IMG/VR virus record: IMGVR_UViG_3300033148_006102
Location: 32,001 to 96,000 of that record
DNA: 64,000 nt
Reading direction: 5' to 3' (one strand)
Source: a virus
Part shown: positions 18,908 through 29,349 of the stretch, in pieces
Layout: each line of letters starts with the position of its first letter
How positions within the stretch are numbered: the first letter of the stretch is position 1
Position numbers and translations under genes: made by a program
The notes under the pieces: model-generated
Seen by the model: the letters and a program-made list of their open reading frames with translations, nothing else
Databases searched by the model: none
Told to the model about the DNA's origin: nothing

Positions 18908-21900
18908 ATGGGACACGTCAAACAGACGGCCGTCAACAAGGTTGGCACGCCTACATACGAATCGTTGGAAGCGTTCTTGAATTTCTTCGCATCTTCAAGC
19001 GCGTATACCGGTGGCGTGTGCACGGATGGCGGTAGCGGTACATTGAATGTGACGGGCGGCTCGGCCATATTCAAAACCACGGACGACATAAATGCCGTAG
19101 TAGAATGGGCGGACTTTCTCGGCGAAATCGGAATGGCGTTGGTCGATAATTCGGTCAACTATATCTACGCAGATTATAACGCTGGTTCACCAGCGGTTGC
19201 TTCTACGACAAGCCCAACTATTTTTGCCGATAGTACCGTTGCGCTATTTGCCGCCGTATTCCGTAAAGGCACCGACCTGCACATCATGAATACGCCAGGT
19301 CAGTACGCAGATTTCATTCGTCAGAACAACATTAAGTTCTGGGAAATGTTCGGACCTCACCGTGTTAGCGGTATCTTGATCAGTGAAACTGGTACGCGAA
19401 ACATTGCTCTTTCAGCTGGCGCATACTACGTGGCAAATGTGCGGTTGGATTTCTCTTCGTACGATACTAGCGGTGCAGATGATTTCTCATATTGGTACAA
19501 CGATGGTTCGTGGCAAGAAGTCACGGCGCAATCGCAGATCGATAATACACAGTACAACGATTACGGTGTAGGTCTGGATTCATTGACTCCCAATCGTTAC
19601 GGCGTGCACTGGGTATTTTCTGATTGGGACGGCGACCATATTCAAGTTGTATATGGTATAGGCGATTATACGCTGGCGAAAGCCGAGGCTGCTACGATCC
19701 CAGCCAATTTGCCGCCGATTGTCGCACAGTATGGCTTTGTGGTCGGCAAGATCATTATTCAAGAAGGTGCGTCTACTTTTATCGCAGCTGAGAGTCCTTT
19801 CGCTGTACAGTTTTCAGCTTCTGGTGCTACCAGCCACCTGGACTTAATAGACCTACAGGGCGGTACCACTGATCAGTATTATCATTTGACTGCAACAGAC
19901 TATGCGAACCGGCCGACCTGGGTAAAAGCAACCACAAGGCTGGTCCATGTATCGCAAGGCGGCAATGATGGCACGGCCACCGGTATGCCATGGCTACCAT
20001 ATTTGACTTTGAGCGCAGCTATCTCAGCATTTGGTGATGATACTGTCTATGTTTTACACGGAACCATTACAGAAACAGCTGTCGTTGATATTAGTGACAG
20101 GAAGAACATCGCGATTATTGGTGATGGGAACAAAGCGACAAATCTTCTCAACTCCACCACAACGCAGACATTGGAGTACACGCCCACTGCCGCCGGCGGC
20201 GAGGTCGCTCTCATTGGCTTTAAGATACGAAATACTAATGATGATGCTGCAAGCCAGGCGCTGAAGCTTGGGCCGATTGGAGCATCAGGCACGATCGATG
20301 GTCTATGGGTTCAGGATGTCCATTGTGCAGCGCGTGGTGGTTCAGCTGGTATAGCGCAAATCACCACGGATAACGCAGCGGGTGTATGGAGCGAGCATTT
20401 CATTGATGGCTTGACGATTGAGTGGCTGCAGGCGCCTACATCACCATCAACATCGTATGGTATTGATTTACAGACAAACTTGAATGCCGCTAATGTTATC
20501 AAGGTCAGTAATACTAGATTCTTGAACATTGGCTGGGGTGCTGGCGGAGTAAACGATGTCGCCGGTATGATCTTCCCGACAACAGGTGCTACGTCGGCAC
20601 AGTTCGAGATTGATGGTGTTCGCGCTCGCGGTATCGACATAGCGACGACCGCGGCTAAGTACATCCTTCATGGTGTAAACGTTAATTCACGCGTACGTGT
20701 CTGGGATGCGGATGTCGATGTATATTTGGGTGATGATTTGGCTGGCGCATTCTACGGCATGAATTTTGTTGAGGCATTTAATTGCCGCATGCGCGCGGAG
20801 CGTGATTACGGAGAGCATACAGCATTAGCAGCTAATATCGGCATGCGCTTGCTGGAGCAATCAGATGGTAACCATTCGTATATGGAACTGACTGCAAAGC
20901 CAGCCACTGCATTTGATTTTGATGAGATGACGGCCGCGCTAGTATTGGAAACTGGATTCACGAATCACAGTCGGAATACAGGTATTCTGCAGATTAGTGG
21001 TGGTGCCGGCGCAACTATTACCGTAAATGCCAACCAAGATGTCGCAGCAGTAATTGTTAGTACGTCAGGTGCTATTACAGCAGCTACTGCCGGACATGTC
21101 TCAGCCACGATAAAATTCACTCGCATTGCTGGCGTCGGGACAACAGATTTCCAAGATTTTGATGCCTGTCGTATGGTCGGTTTTGGCGGCTATAGTCGAA
21201 TAGGCTTCATCGATGCCGCACTTGAGTTGCTTACAAGCACCAGCACTACGCTTACAGATTGTGCTGCACTGGGGTTGGTGAAGGATTCATTGCTAGGCGC
21301 AGTATACGAGCTGTATGCAGGTTTACTCCAATATATAGATGCCGGTTCACCAGCTACGTTAACTGGATCTGCCATTATGCCGCGGTACAGGTCTGGTGCA
21401 TCAGGTACTCAGGATGTCTATACACAATCAAACGCTGTAACTGTCGCGCGATTTACGAAATCTGCAGATTCGAATATCAGCGTTAAAAACACCGAAGGCC
21501 AGCCGGTCATAGGTATTACGGAAGTTGTAGCTGGAACAGGCTGTGCTGGCGGCGGTAGTGATGGTTCTATCACCGTCAATGTTGGCGGCGGCGATGGCAT
21601 AAACGCTAATGCGAATGATGTTTCAGTGGATCCGTATAGTGGCGGTGATACTTCTGTGGCGCCAGCGTTTGTTGATGCAAACGGCGCAGGTGTGGATACA
21701 GATGATTCGACATTGACACATGCTGCGGGTGTACTCCAGGTTAAAGATGACGGTATAGGTCCTACACAACTAGCAGATACTGCGGTAGTAGCTGATTCAT
21801 ATACCAACGCTGATATTACAGTTGATGCTCAAGGACGGATTACAGCCGCCGCTGATGGTTCTGGCGGAGGAACACCGTGGGCTGAAGCCACGACGTTCCA

Positions 21901-23467
21901 TTGCCATGTTTCTGAGGGTGGAGATGATGGTACGGCTGACGGCAGTCCAGAGAAGCCATATCTGACATTGAGCGGCGCGCTTTCGGCAAATGGAAGCGAT
22001 ACAGCATATTATCTGCATGGAACGATAACGGAAACATCAACAGTTGCGCTGGCCGCATATACGAATATTGCAGTCATTGGTGAGGGTGAAGAAGTAACGC
22101 TGCTTACGAAGTCAACCACTGGTGTTACGCTTACATACATTCCGACAGCATCAACAAAGCGCAATGTGGTCATTAGGGATCTCACAATTGAGAATACTTA
22201 CGACGGCACAGGTAGTGAAGCTTATCACATCGGGCCTGGTTCCAGTGGTGATATGAACGGTTTCGTGATGCGTAATGTGCGCGGCCGCGCCCGTGGTAGT
22301 TTTCTTATCGAAATCGAGAACCAAGGTGGAACTGATTGGTCGGACTGCACACTTGAAAACTTGTCAATTGAGTGGGGCGCAGAGCCAACGTCGCCAGGTG
22401 CGACGACTGTCGGTTTCGAGATGAACGCGTTCGATGCTGGTGATGGCGAAGTTTTCATCAATGGTATGCGCTTCATAAACTTCGGTTATCCAGCAGCACA
22501 TTCGGTGAAGATCGTTGGCGTTCGTGGCCCGACGGCGGCAGGCGACATTCCTATTACCATTGCGCATGTGGAAGGCCGCGGTCTGATTTCATATTCAGAT
22601 GAAGACACGGCTGTGTTATCGGCGAGTAACTTCTCACCTTCGTCTGTATCCACGATGATAATTCGTGATGCGAACATTCAGATTGACATGGGTTCTGATA
22701 ACACATCGAATAATTACGGTGTGTACTGTCTTGAGATCTATGATAGTTTTGTAGAACTTGCTAGAACGTTTTCGGCTAATCCAAGCAGCGCGGATACAGT
22801 AGCTATTTATCGTCCAACGAAGCGTTCTGCGCATAATACTGGACAAACCATAATCACTGTGTCAGCAACATTAACAGCGTTTGATGATTCGCAGTCTGGG
22901 ATCGAATTGCAAGCTGGCGCAGATAACTACTGTCCCACTGAAAATACTGGTATTCTCAAGCTAATCGCGTCGGGAAGCAGCACGACGATTACTTGTTCGG
23001 AGTCGGCGGATGTGGCAGGAGTTGCTGTGTTGGGCGGATCGCGGCTCACGGTAGGAAAGATAACGGGTATTGTGGAGTTGGACCAGAGTGGCTCGTCCAA
23101 TACTTTTGTTAATTTTGATGGTGTGCGCTTTGACTATCCGGCTGCTGGAGGCAGTGAACAATTTGTTATAGCTGACGTAAATGCGATACTACATGAAGTG
23201 GACGCAGCTTTGACGCTTACAACATGCGCTGGCATAGGGGTTATACATACAGACTTAGGCACCATATATCATTACGTACACCGTGGTGTGGCAGCTTATC
23301 ATGCGCCTGGTCCAGGTTCGTATACGGGTTATGCAGTCCGAGAGCGTTCATCAGGATTAGGTACAACATACTTGCGGACTCCCGCAAACGGCGGTATTCA
23401 GCGTTCGAACTTTACATCGTCGTATACCGGACTTTCAGTAGATAGAACGAATCAGAGCTACGTTTAA
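18908..23467 (+). CDS. 1519-aa tail fibre/tailspike-like protein with two predicted beta-helix regions
   Basis: two copies of HVSxGGxDGTAxGxPxxPYLTLSxA...HGTITET followed by beta-helix-like repeats. Confidence 0.75.
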   Translation: MGHVKQTAVNKVGTPTYESLEAFLNFFASSSAYTGGVCTDGGSGTLNVTGGSAIFKTTDDINAVVEWADFLGEIGMALVDNSVNYIYADYNAGSPAVASTTSPTIFADSTVALFAAVFRKGTDLHIMNTPGQYADFIRQNNIKFWEMFGPHRVSGILISETGTRNIALSAGAYYVANVRLDFSSYDTSGADDFSYWYNDGSWQEVTAQSQIDNTQYNDYGVGLDSLTPNRYGVHWVFSDWDGDHIQVVYGIGDYTLAKAEAATIPANLPPIVAQYGFVVGKIIIQEGASTFIAAESPFAVQFSASGATSHLDLIDLQGGTTDQYYHLTATDYANRPTWVKATTRLVHVSQGGNDGTATGMPWLPYLTLSAAISAFGDDTVYVLHGTITETAVVDISDRKNIAIIGDGNKATNLLNSTTTQTLEYTPTAAGGEVALIGFKIRNTNDDAASQALKLGPIGASGTIDGLWVQDVHCAARGGSAGIAQITTDNAAGVWSEHFIDGLTIEWLQAPTSPSTSYGIDLQTNLNAANVIKVSNTRFLNIGWGAGGVNDVAGMIFPTTGATSAQFEIDGVRARGIDIATTAAKYILHGVNVNSRVRVWDADVDVYLGDDLAGAFYGMNFVEAFNCRMRAERDYGEHTALAANIGMRLLEQSDGNHSYMELTAKPATAFDFDEMTAALVLETGFTNHSRNTGILQISGGAGATITVNANQDVAAVIVSTSGAITAATAGHVSATIKFTRIAGVGTTDFQDFDACRMVGFGGYSRIGFIDAALELLTSTSTTLTDCAALGLVKDSLLGAVYELYAGLLQYIDAGSPATLTGSAIMPRYRSGASGTQDVYTQSNAVTVARFTKSADSNISVKNTEGQPVIGITEVVAGTGCAGGGSDGSITVNVGGGDGINANANDVSVDPYSGGDTSVAPAFVDANGAGVDTDDSTLTHAAGVLQVKDDGIGPTQLADTAVVADSYTNADITVDAQGRITAAADGSGGGTPWAEATTFHCHVSEGGDDGTADGSPEKPYLTLSGALSANGSDTAYYLHGTITETSTVALAAYTNIAVIGEGEEVTLLTKSTTGVTLTYIPTASTKRNVVIRDLTIENTYDGTGSEAYHIGPGSSGDMNGFVMRNVRGRARGSFLIEIENQGGTDWSDCTLENLSIEWGAEPTSPGATTVGFEMNAFDAGDGEVFINGMRFINFGYPAAHSVKIVGVRGPTAAGDIPITIAHVEGRGLISYSDEDTAVLSASNFSPSSVSTMIIRDANIQIDMGSDNTSNNYGVYCLEIYDSFVELARTFSANPSSADTVAIYRPTKRSAHNTGQTIITVSATLTAFDDSQSGIELQAGADNYCPTENTGILKLIASGSSTTITCSESADVAGVAVLGGSRLTVGKITGIVELDQSGSSNTFVNFDGVRFDYPAAGGSEQFVIADVNAILHEVDAALTLTTCAGIGVIHTDLGTIYHYVHRGVAAYHAPGPGSYTGYAVRERSSGLGTTYLRTPANGGIQRSNFTSSYTGLSVDRTNQSYV

Positions 23468-23470
23468 GGA

Positions 23471-24040
23471 GTGGCTGTGTACGAGAACGTTATTATTAGT
23501 CGTAACGACGATCGTGTTCTTTTGTCGAACTCGGAAGAGATGGCTGTGCTTGACGCAGCTGATTGGGTTATTGACGCGGATATGGCAGCGGTTTCAGATG
23601 AGAATGGTAAGCCGAACGTGCCGCGTAAGTACTGGAAGCTTCCGAATGTCGGCGAGACTGTCGTTACTGAAATGCCGCAAGAAGAGAAAGATGTGGTGGA
23701 TGCCGACGAGGTTGCCGCGTACAAACTACAGAAGAAGCGGGAACTCGCCGACGAATGTCACGCATACATTATCAATAAATGCCCTGCGCATAATCAGATC
23801 ACGTTGTTTGGGATGCACTCGATCGCGCATCGAGAAAACAAGAACAATCGTGCGGATTACATTCAAGCGTTTTGGAATTGGTTGGATGAAGTAATCGCAC
23901 ACAACCACGTGAAGCAAGCCGAGGTCGATGCTGCGGCAGATACGGCGGCAGTTGATGCGGTGGCCCAGGACTTCAGTACGTTTGACACAGACTGGGGTAC
24001 GGGTTGGTTTATCGCGGAAGCACGTGCTATTCCTGATTGA
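23471..24040 (+). CDS. acidic protein after fibre gene, possible assembly chaperone
   Basis: position directly after the fibre gene; AAGGAG before GTG. Confidence 0.55.
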   Translation: MAVYENVIISRNDDRVLLSNSEEMAVLDAADWVIDADMAAVSDENGKPNVPRKYWKLPNVGETVVTEMPQEEKDVVDADEVAAYKLQKKRELADECHAYIINKCPAHNQITLFGMHSIAHRENKNNRADYIQAFWNWLDEVIAHNHVKQAEVDAAADTAAVDAVAQDFSTFDTDWGTGWFIAEARAIPD

Positions 24041-24053
24041 TTTGGGATTATAC

Positions 24054-24081
24054 TAGATTACCACGTTTGGCTCGCTATACT
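24054..24081 (+). promoter_or_regulatory. possible sigma70-like promoter
   Basis: TAGATT-N16-TATACT upstream of TSCPD gene; weak -35. Confidence 0.35.
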
Positions 24082-24126
24082 AGCGGGCCGTACTAATCTC
24101 TGGTAGTGGATTAGAAGAGACACACG

Positions 24127-24579
24127 ATGAACGAACGTGAGCACTTACCGCCAGTGCGCAAGGGCTGTCGGTACGAAGGTAATCTTGGCAAGACCAAATT
24201 CTATCTGACGTTGAACTATTTCCCTGATGGGCGCCTCGGAGAGATGTTCGTAGACTTGGCTCGTGAAGGGGCTGAGCTCCGGACGATGTATCATCAGTTG
24301 TCAATGTTAGTTTCACGGCTGTTGCAGTATGGATTGCCAGCAGAGAATCTGGTCCGTTGGTGGAAGGGCGTACGTTCTGAAATCAGTGGATTCATGAATG
24401 GTTGTGGAATTGCGGAGCTCGATAACAAGTCATACAGCAGTCTGTTTGATATGTTTGCCGCAATCATAGAACATGAGGCAATCGGCGAAGATGCAAGAGA
24501 GGCTAACAGCGGAGGAGTTTCAGGTCAAATACGGACGTGTCCCGAAGAGGAAACTGAAGAGGCGGCTGAAGCAGCATGA
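24127..24579 (+). CDS. stand-alone TSCPD-domain protein (class II RNR C-terminal/NrdJb-like)
   Basis: GKTKFYLTLN...GRLGEMF...LVSRLLQYG...LVRWWKGVRSE pattern. Confidence 0.7.
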   Translation: MNEREHLPPVRKGCRYEGNLGKTKFYLTLNYFPDGRLGEMFVDLAREGAELRTMYHQLSMLVSRLLQYGLPAENLVRWWKGVRSEISGFMNGCGIAELDNKSYSSLFDMFAAIIEHEAIGEDAREANSGGVSGQIRTCPEEETEEAAEAA

Positions 24580-25015
24580 TCTTGAGGCTATGGCGACGGA
24601 TGGGCAAAGCGAAGCCATAGAAGTACGTATTCCCGGCAAGATCCCATCTTCCAATCATATTTACGCGACAGTTCAAGCGGGCCGGAAGACACGGCGTGTG
24701 TTGAACAAGAAGGGTAAGGCCTACAAGACATATGTGAAGGCCTTGGTCGCAGACGCATGTCGTAAAGCTGGTGGACTTCGTAAATCTAGATGGTATAAGT
24801 TTACCTTATTCACATACTTTTCGTTGATCACACAGAAGGACGAAGTACGTAAGCGCGACGTATCGGATTGCATCAAGTTAATTGAGGATGCGACAGCTGA
24901 GGCGTTGAGGATCGACGACAAGCATAACAAGCGTGTCGAAACTGAGAAGTTCAACAATGATGGCGAAGAGTATATTGTGGTCAAAGTGAGGGTTTACGAA
25001 CCGCTGGTGGAGTGA
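24491..25015 (+). CDS. rusA: RusA-family Holliday junction resolvase
   Basis: IPGKIPSSNH...KRDVSDCIKLIEDA...IDD acidic catalytic pattern. Confidence 0.75.
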   Translation: MQERLTAEEFQVKYGRVPKRKLKRRLKQHDLEAMATDGQSEAIEVRIPGKIPSSNHIYATVQAGRKTRRVLNKKGKAYKTYVKALVADACRKAGGLRKSRWYKFTLFTYFSLITQKDEVRKRDVSDCIKLIEDATAEALRIDDKHNKRVETEKFNNDGEEYIVVKVRVYEPLVE

Positions 25016-25917
25016 TGGCGAAGTTTACGGCCAAGCAAGTCGAAGACGCACTCGAGGAATACCATTATCGTAAGAATCCCGCCTGGGGCATCATCTTCCA
25101 GATGGGCTTTCAGATTAAAGATGACTGGTACGGCCACCAGCGTGTGGTGGATGGGATTGCTTGGCGTCGCCAGGCACACAAGTTTACGATCGACATTATC
25201 GAGATCAAAGTTAACCGATCTGACTGGCTCGCTGAGCTCAAGAGTGAGAAGTGGAAGGATACTTTTGAGATCGGCCAGCGGTTCTGGTTTGCGGCACCGC
25301 GAGGCGTCATTAAAGAAGAAGAGCTCCCGGCCGGCTGTGGGTTGTATCACGTCAATCCGGATGCGTCGAAGGTGAAGGTGCGTATTGCGCGTAACGCCAA
25401 GTCATTCACCCAGCGAGAGATCAAGACGCACACGATCCTGCGCCTCTTCATGAAGTACCAATGGAAAGTTGACGAGATTATTGAAGAGCGCGTCCAGGAA
25501 TTGTTGGGCGATAGACAGGAAGAAGTCGCCGAGCGCATACGCAAGGAACATGAGAAGGATCGCAAGATCAAGAAGTTGGAGAAGCAGCTTGAGCGTAATC
25601 CGCTGATTAATCCGCACATGTACATTTCACTTGAAGAGCTCTCGAATGCGCTAGGCGTGTTTGTGTGGAAGGACAAGATCTCGGAAGAAGAGCGGCTCAA
25701 GCGGTTGCGAGAGAAGCTATTGAAGCAGCTGAAGGTCACATCCCGTATGATGGGTTACAGCGGTCGGCAACTGCGCTCATTGATTAAAGATATGGATGAG
25801 TTGGTGAAATTTGCGGACTTTCTGCAGGATCTACGGACTCAATCGAAAGATAAGGTCATGGAGCCAGAAGAACGTGAAGATGCTGACTGGGAAGATGAGG
25901 ATGAAGACGATGGGTAA
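25012..25917 (+). CDS. MmcB-like PD-(D/E)xK nuclease with C-terminal coiled coil
   Basis: VDGIAW...IIEIKVNRSDWLAEL...FWFAAPRGVI...ELPAGCGL. Confidence 0.75.
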   Translation: MMAKFTAKQVEDALEEYHYRKNPAWGIIFQMGFQIKDDWYGHQRVVDGIAWRRQAHKFTIDIIEIKVNRSDWLAELKSEKWKDTFEIGQRFWFAAPRGVIKEEELPAGCGLYHVNPDASKVKVRIARNAKSFTQREIKTHTILRLFMKYQWKVDEIIEERVQELLGDRQEEVAERIRKEHEKDRKIKKLEKQLERNPLINPHMYISLEELSNALGVFVWKDKISEEERLKRLREKLLKQLKVTSRMMGYSGRQLRSLIKDMDELVKFADFLQDLRTQSKDKVMEPEEREDADWEDEDEDDG

Positions 25918-26215
25918 GCGGCGAATGTGCGAAGAGGAAGAAGATCGGCGTCGCCGGCCGAACGAGTTCTTCGATGATTGGGAGAAAGAGAAGGATTTCC
26001 GCGAGGAAATGAATCATGAGCGTGAACTCGAGAAGGAAATGGACGAGTTAGATCGAATAGAAGCGGAAGCCTGGGAAAAGGAAATGGAACTCGAGGCTGA
26101 GGAAGCTGAGCTGCTCCCAGACTGGGATTGCATGTCCTGCGGCTACGAGTTTTGTGATGAAGAGGGCACGGAGTACTGCCCGTATTGTGGGTCATGGGAT
26201 ATAAGGAGGTATTAG
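25910..26215 (+). CDS. highly acidic protein with C-terminal zinc ribbon
   Basis: E/D-rich; CMSC...CPYCGS. Confidence 0.65.
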   Translation: MGKRRMCEEEEDRRRRPNEFFDDWEKEKDFREEMNHERELEKEMDELDRIEAEAWEKEMELEAEEAELLPDWDCMSCGYEFCDEEGTEYCPYCGSWDIRRY

Positions 26216-26620
26216 ATGGCGAATAGATACCCAGATTATAAATACAAAGCGAAGGTAGTACGTGTCGTTGATGGCGACACTATTGAGGTCATTATTGATC
26301 TCGGCTTTCGTTTGACGATTCAAGAGCAGATCCGCTTAGCCGACATTGATACGCCAGAACTGCGCCCGCGCAAGGGTACGAAAGCGCAAAGAGAGCAGGA
26401 AAAGCAGAAGGCACGCGAAGCACGCGACTACGTAATGATGAAGTTGGCTGATTACTATTACGGTTCATTTCCATCGACGGCCAAGGATCTGTACATCCGT
26501 GTCTATAAGGGTGATTCCTTTGGGCGTTGGATCGCAGACATATATCTGTCGGCAACGGCCACAAAATCACTTAATCAGATGCTTCTTGAAGAAGGACTGG
26601 CAAAGCCGTACAAGCGGTAG
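26216..26620 (+). CDS. thermonuclease (SNase) family protein
   Basis: VVRVVDGDTI...IRLADIDTPE...DSFGRWIA...NQMLLEEGLA. Confidence 0.9.
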   Translation: MANRYPDYKYKAKVVRVVDGDTIEVIIDLGFRLTIQEQIRLADIDTPELRPRKGTKAQREQEKQKAREARDYVMMKLADYYYGSFPSTAKDLYIRVYKGDSFGRWIADIYLSATATKSLNQMLLEEGLAKPYKR

Positions 26621-26740
26621 TAGACTGCCAGAAGCTTGGTCACAATCAATTTATACATATGCGGCGGTAGGCGTTTGGCTATCTTGACCAAGCCTATGCC
26701 GAAACGGCGTCTGCCGCCGCGCCAATTTGAAAGATTCCAA

Positions 26741-28768
26741 ATGTCATTAGACACATTAACTGCAATTGAGATCTTGGGGCCAGATGGTCCAATCGCAAAG
26801 TATCTCGACGATTACGAGATGCGTCCACAACAAGTGACGATGGCGCAAGCTGTGGAGAATGCGTTCATCAATGAGAGAAATCTGATTGCGGAGGCGGGAA
26901 CCGGAGTTGGTAAGTCATTTGCTTATCTGATACCAGCTATTCTGACTTCCCGTCGAACACGGCAACCAGTGGTAATATCAACTGGAACGATCGCGCTGCA
27001 GGAGCAGTTGCTACGAAAAGACATACCGTTTTTGCAGGAGGTTTTGAAGGATATCCCATTTACGGTGGCGTTGGCAAAAGGACGCTCGAACTATGTTTGT
27101 CCTCGGCGCCTAGCGAAGGCCGAATTTCAGCCGAAGGATAAGCGTATTCTTGATCGTATCCGCCACTGGGCGGCGCGCACTAAGGACGGTTCCCGGACGG
27201 ATCTGGATTTCAAGGTATATCCGTATCTATGGCAACAGGTATGCAGTGACCGGTATGACTGCAAAAAGAACCGGTGCAAAGGCTGCTTCTATTACTATAT
27301 GCGCTCAAGCCTGGCGAAGGCAAACATCGTGGTGGTCAACCACAGTTTGTTGTTGATCAACGCGATGCTGCCACCCAAGGCGCGTATCATTCCGAATACA
27401 AGTCGATTGATTCTGGATGAGGCTCACGAGCTTGAAGATATCGCAAGCACAGCGTTCGGAACGGAACTACGGCGTTCACAGATTGATTATCTGTTGAGCG
27501 ATATAGCACGTTTCATGCGTAATGACGCAGATGCCATGGGAGTCACTGGGCTCCTTAGTCCGCTGAATCACGCTGAAGAAGCTATGCACCCAGCGTATGC
27601 AGATTTGAAGGCTGCTATGGGCCGCGGTAAGTGGAGTTCGCGTGCCAAGCGCATTAAGATCCCTCTCGAGTCGCGCTCGGTGGACGCGCTTATTGGTGCA
27701 TTGGCACAACTTGGTAAGCTATTCGAATATAAGCATTCGGAAGCGATCGCCGAGTACGGGACTGAGGATGAGGCTGTGATCCGCATGGACTCGATTATCC
27801 AACGTTCTATGTCCTTTGCGCATCAGTTGGAGCAGTTTGCGAACGTGGAAGCACCGGATGCATATGTGTATTGGATTTCGCAGACTGGGGCGAAGACAGA
27901 CAACATTACGTTGAATATACGGCCGATCGAAGTGGCAAAGCTATTTGAAGAATACATCTTAGATCAGGCTAGCAGCGTAATCCTCACAAGCGCAACATTG
28001 GCGACGGACGCAGCGGATAGTCCTTGGCCGTTTGGTCATTTCCGGCAGCGGCTGGGATTCAGCATGGGCGGAGAAGATTTCTTCAATACCGGCAACAACT
28101 ATCCAGGTTCCACAGCAGCGGACGAGCTACAGGTGGATACGCCTTTCAATTATGCTGAGCAGGTTTCGCTGTACATTCCATACATAGCAGAGCCGAAGGC
28201 AGAGACGTATCTTGATGAGGTGACGGAAGAGGTTCTCGAAGCGATTAAAAAGTCGGCCGGTGGTGTGCTTGTATTATTTACGAGCTATCTGGCGCTGAAT
28301 ACGGTGTACAGTAATGTGGAAGATCGCTTTTATGCAGATGGCGTAAAAGACGTGGTATGCTTGAAGCAGGATTCCGGCGGAAATCGTGGAAAGTTGTTGG
28401 ATGCTTTTGTTCATGCGCCGCAGAAGGCTGTACTATTTGGTACGGAAAGTTTCTGGAAGGGTATCGACGTACCTGGCGACAGTTTGACGACTGTGGTCAT
28501 TACGAAGTTGCCGTTCCCAGTACCGACAGATCCGCTGCACGAAGCGCGGATGGAAGCAATTGAACGGCACGGCGGAGATCCGTTTGTGAGGTATTCGGAA
28601 CCGCATGCGCTTATCAAACTCAAGCAAGGCTTCGGACGCTTGATTCGTAGATCTACGGATAAAGGGCGAGTAGTAATATTGGATAGTCGTTTGTTGTCAC
28701 GGCGCAAAGGCTATGGGAAACGCTTCCTCGCAGCGTTACCACAGGTGCCGAGAGAAGATGACAATTGA
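26741..28768 (+). CDS. dinG: DinG/YoaA-family ATP-dependent helicase
   Basis: EAGTGVGKS, Cys cluster, DEAH, LTSATL, SFWKGIDVPGD, QGFGRLIR. Confidence 0.9.
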   Translation: MSLDTLTAIEILGPDGPIAKYLDDYEMRPQQVTMAQAVENAFINERNLIAEAGTGVGKSFAYLIPAILTSRRTRQPVVISTGTIALQEQLLRKDIPFLQEVLKDIPFTVALAKGRSNYVCPRRLAKAEFQPKDKRILDRIRHWAARTKDGSRTDLDFKVYPYLWQQVCSDRYDCKKNRCKGCFYYYMRSSLAKANIVVVNHSLLLINAMLPPKARIIPNTSRLILDEAHELEDIASTAFGTELRRSQIDYLLSDIARFMRNDADAMGVTGLLSPLNHAEEAMHPAYADLKAAMGRGKWSSRAKRIKIPLESRSVDALIGALAQLGKLFEYKHSEAIAEYGTEDEAVIRMDSIIQRSMSFAHQLEQFANVEAPDAYVYWISQTGAKTDNITLNIRPIEVAKLFEEYILDQASSVILTSATLATDAADSPWPFGHFRQRLGFSMGGEDFFNTGNNYPGSTAADELQVDTPFNYAEQVSLYIPYIAEPKAETYLDEVTEEVLEAIKKSAGGVLVLFTSYLALNTVYSNVEDRFYADGVKDVVCLKQDSGGNRGKLLDAFVHAPQKAVLFGTESFWKGIDVPGDSLTTVVITKLPFPVPTDPLHEARMEAIERHGGDPFVRYSEPHALIKLKQGFGRLIRRSTDKGRVVILDSRLLSRRKGYGKRFLAALPQVPREDDN

Positions 28769-28789
28769 TTATTCCGGAAGGAGGAAATT

Positions 28790-29317
28790 GTGGGGCGAGG
28801 CATGCGGAAAGGAACGAGCAAGCGCCGCACACGAAAGAAAAGGAGAGCGATTCCGGAGCCGATACCGAAGCATGAAGGACCTGATTTATCTGAACCGATT
28901 CCAGGAGACGGAGATACAGGTGGGATCGATACTCACAACTTCATATTACTGAAAGGCGAATACACAGGTGAGCGGTTGACTCGAGTACCGCTATCGTACC
29001 TACGCTGGATGGCTGCATCCGGGCACGAACATGCAGATTACGCCGAAGCAGAAATGCAGAGGCGCGGTACTCGAAAAGCGACCATTCATTTAACCGCGCA
29101 CGCTATTGACCGAGCATCGTTGAAGTGTTTATCTGTGTGGATCGCAACGCGGCAAGAAAATGAAGGAATCTATTCTTGGTTGATGCGGATAGCTGAAGAA
29201 GCGTTGAAGAACGGGAAGCAGGACAGCCGCGATAAGGAAGTCTACCTGTACAAAGGTGTGCGATTTATCTTCGTGTTTGACGGCAAGTTACCTGTATTGA
29301 AGACGCTGGCCGACTAA
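28790..29317 (+). CDS. DUF3820-like domain protein
   Basis: GEYTGERLTRVPLSYLRWM motif; start uncertain. Confidence 0.55.
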   Translation: MGRGMRKGTSKRRTRKKRRAIPEPIPKHEGPDLSEPIPGDGDTGGIDTHNFILLKGEYTGERLTRVPLSYLRWMAASGHEHADYAEAEMQRRGTRKATIHLTAHAIDRASLKCLSVWIATRQENEGIYSWLMRIAEEALKNGKQDSRDKEVYLYKGVRFIFVFDGKLPVLKTLAD

Positions 29318-29349
29318 TTTGGGATTATGGCATTATCACAGGAGAACGA

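Noticed and set aside
16631-23161. Long minus-strand ORFs opposite the fibre genes (e.g. 17975-18634, 21418-21807)
   Set aside because: Antisense shadows of Gly/Ala/Thr-rich genes; no RBS or recognisable motifs.
24042-24064. Ninth copy of the 23-bp palindrome (TTGGGATTATACTAGATTACCAC)
   Set aside because: Only the left half-site matches well; not counted.
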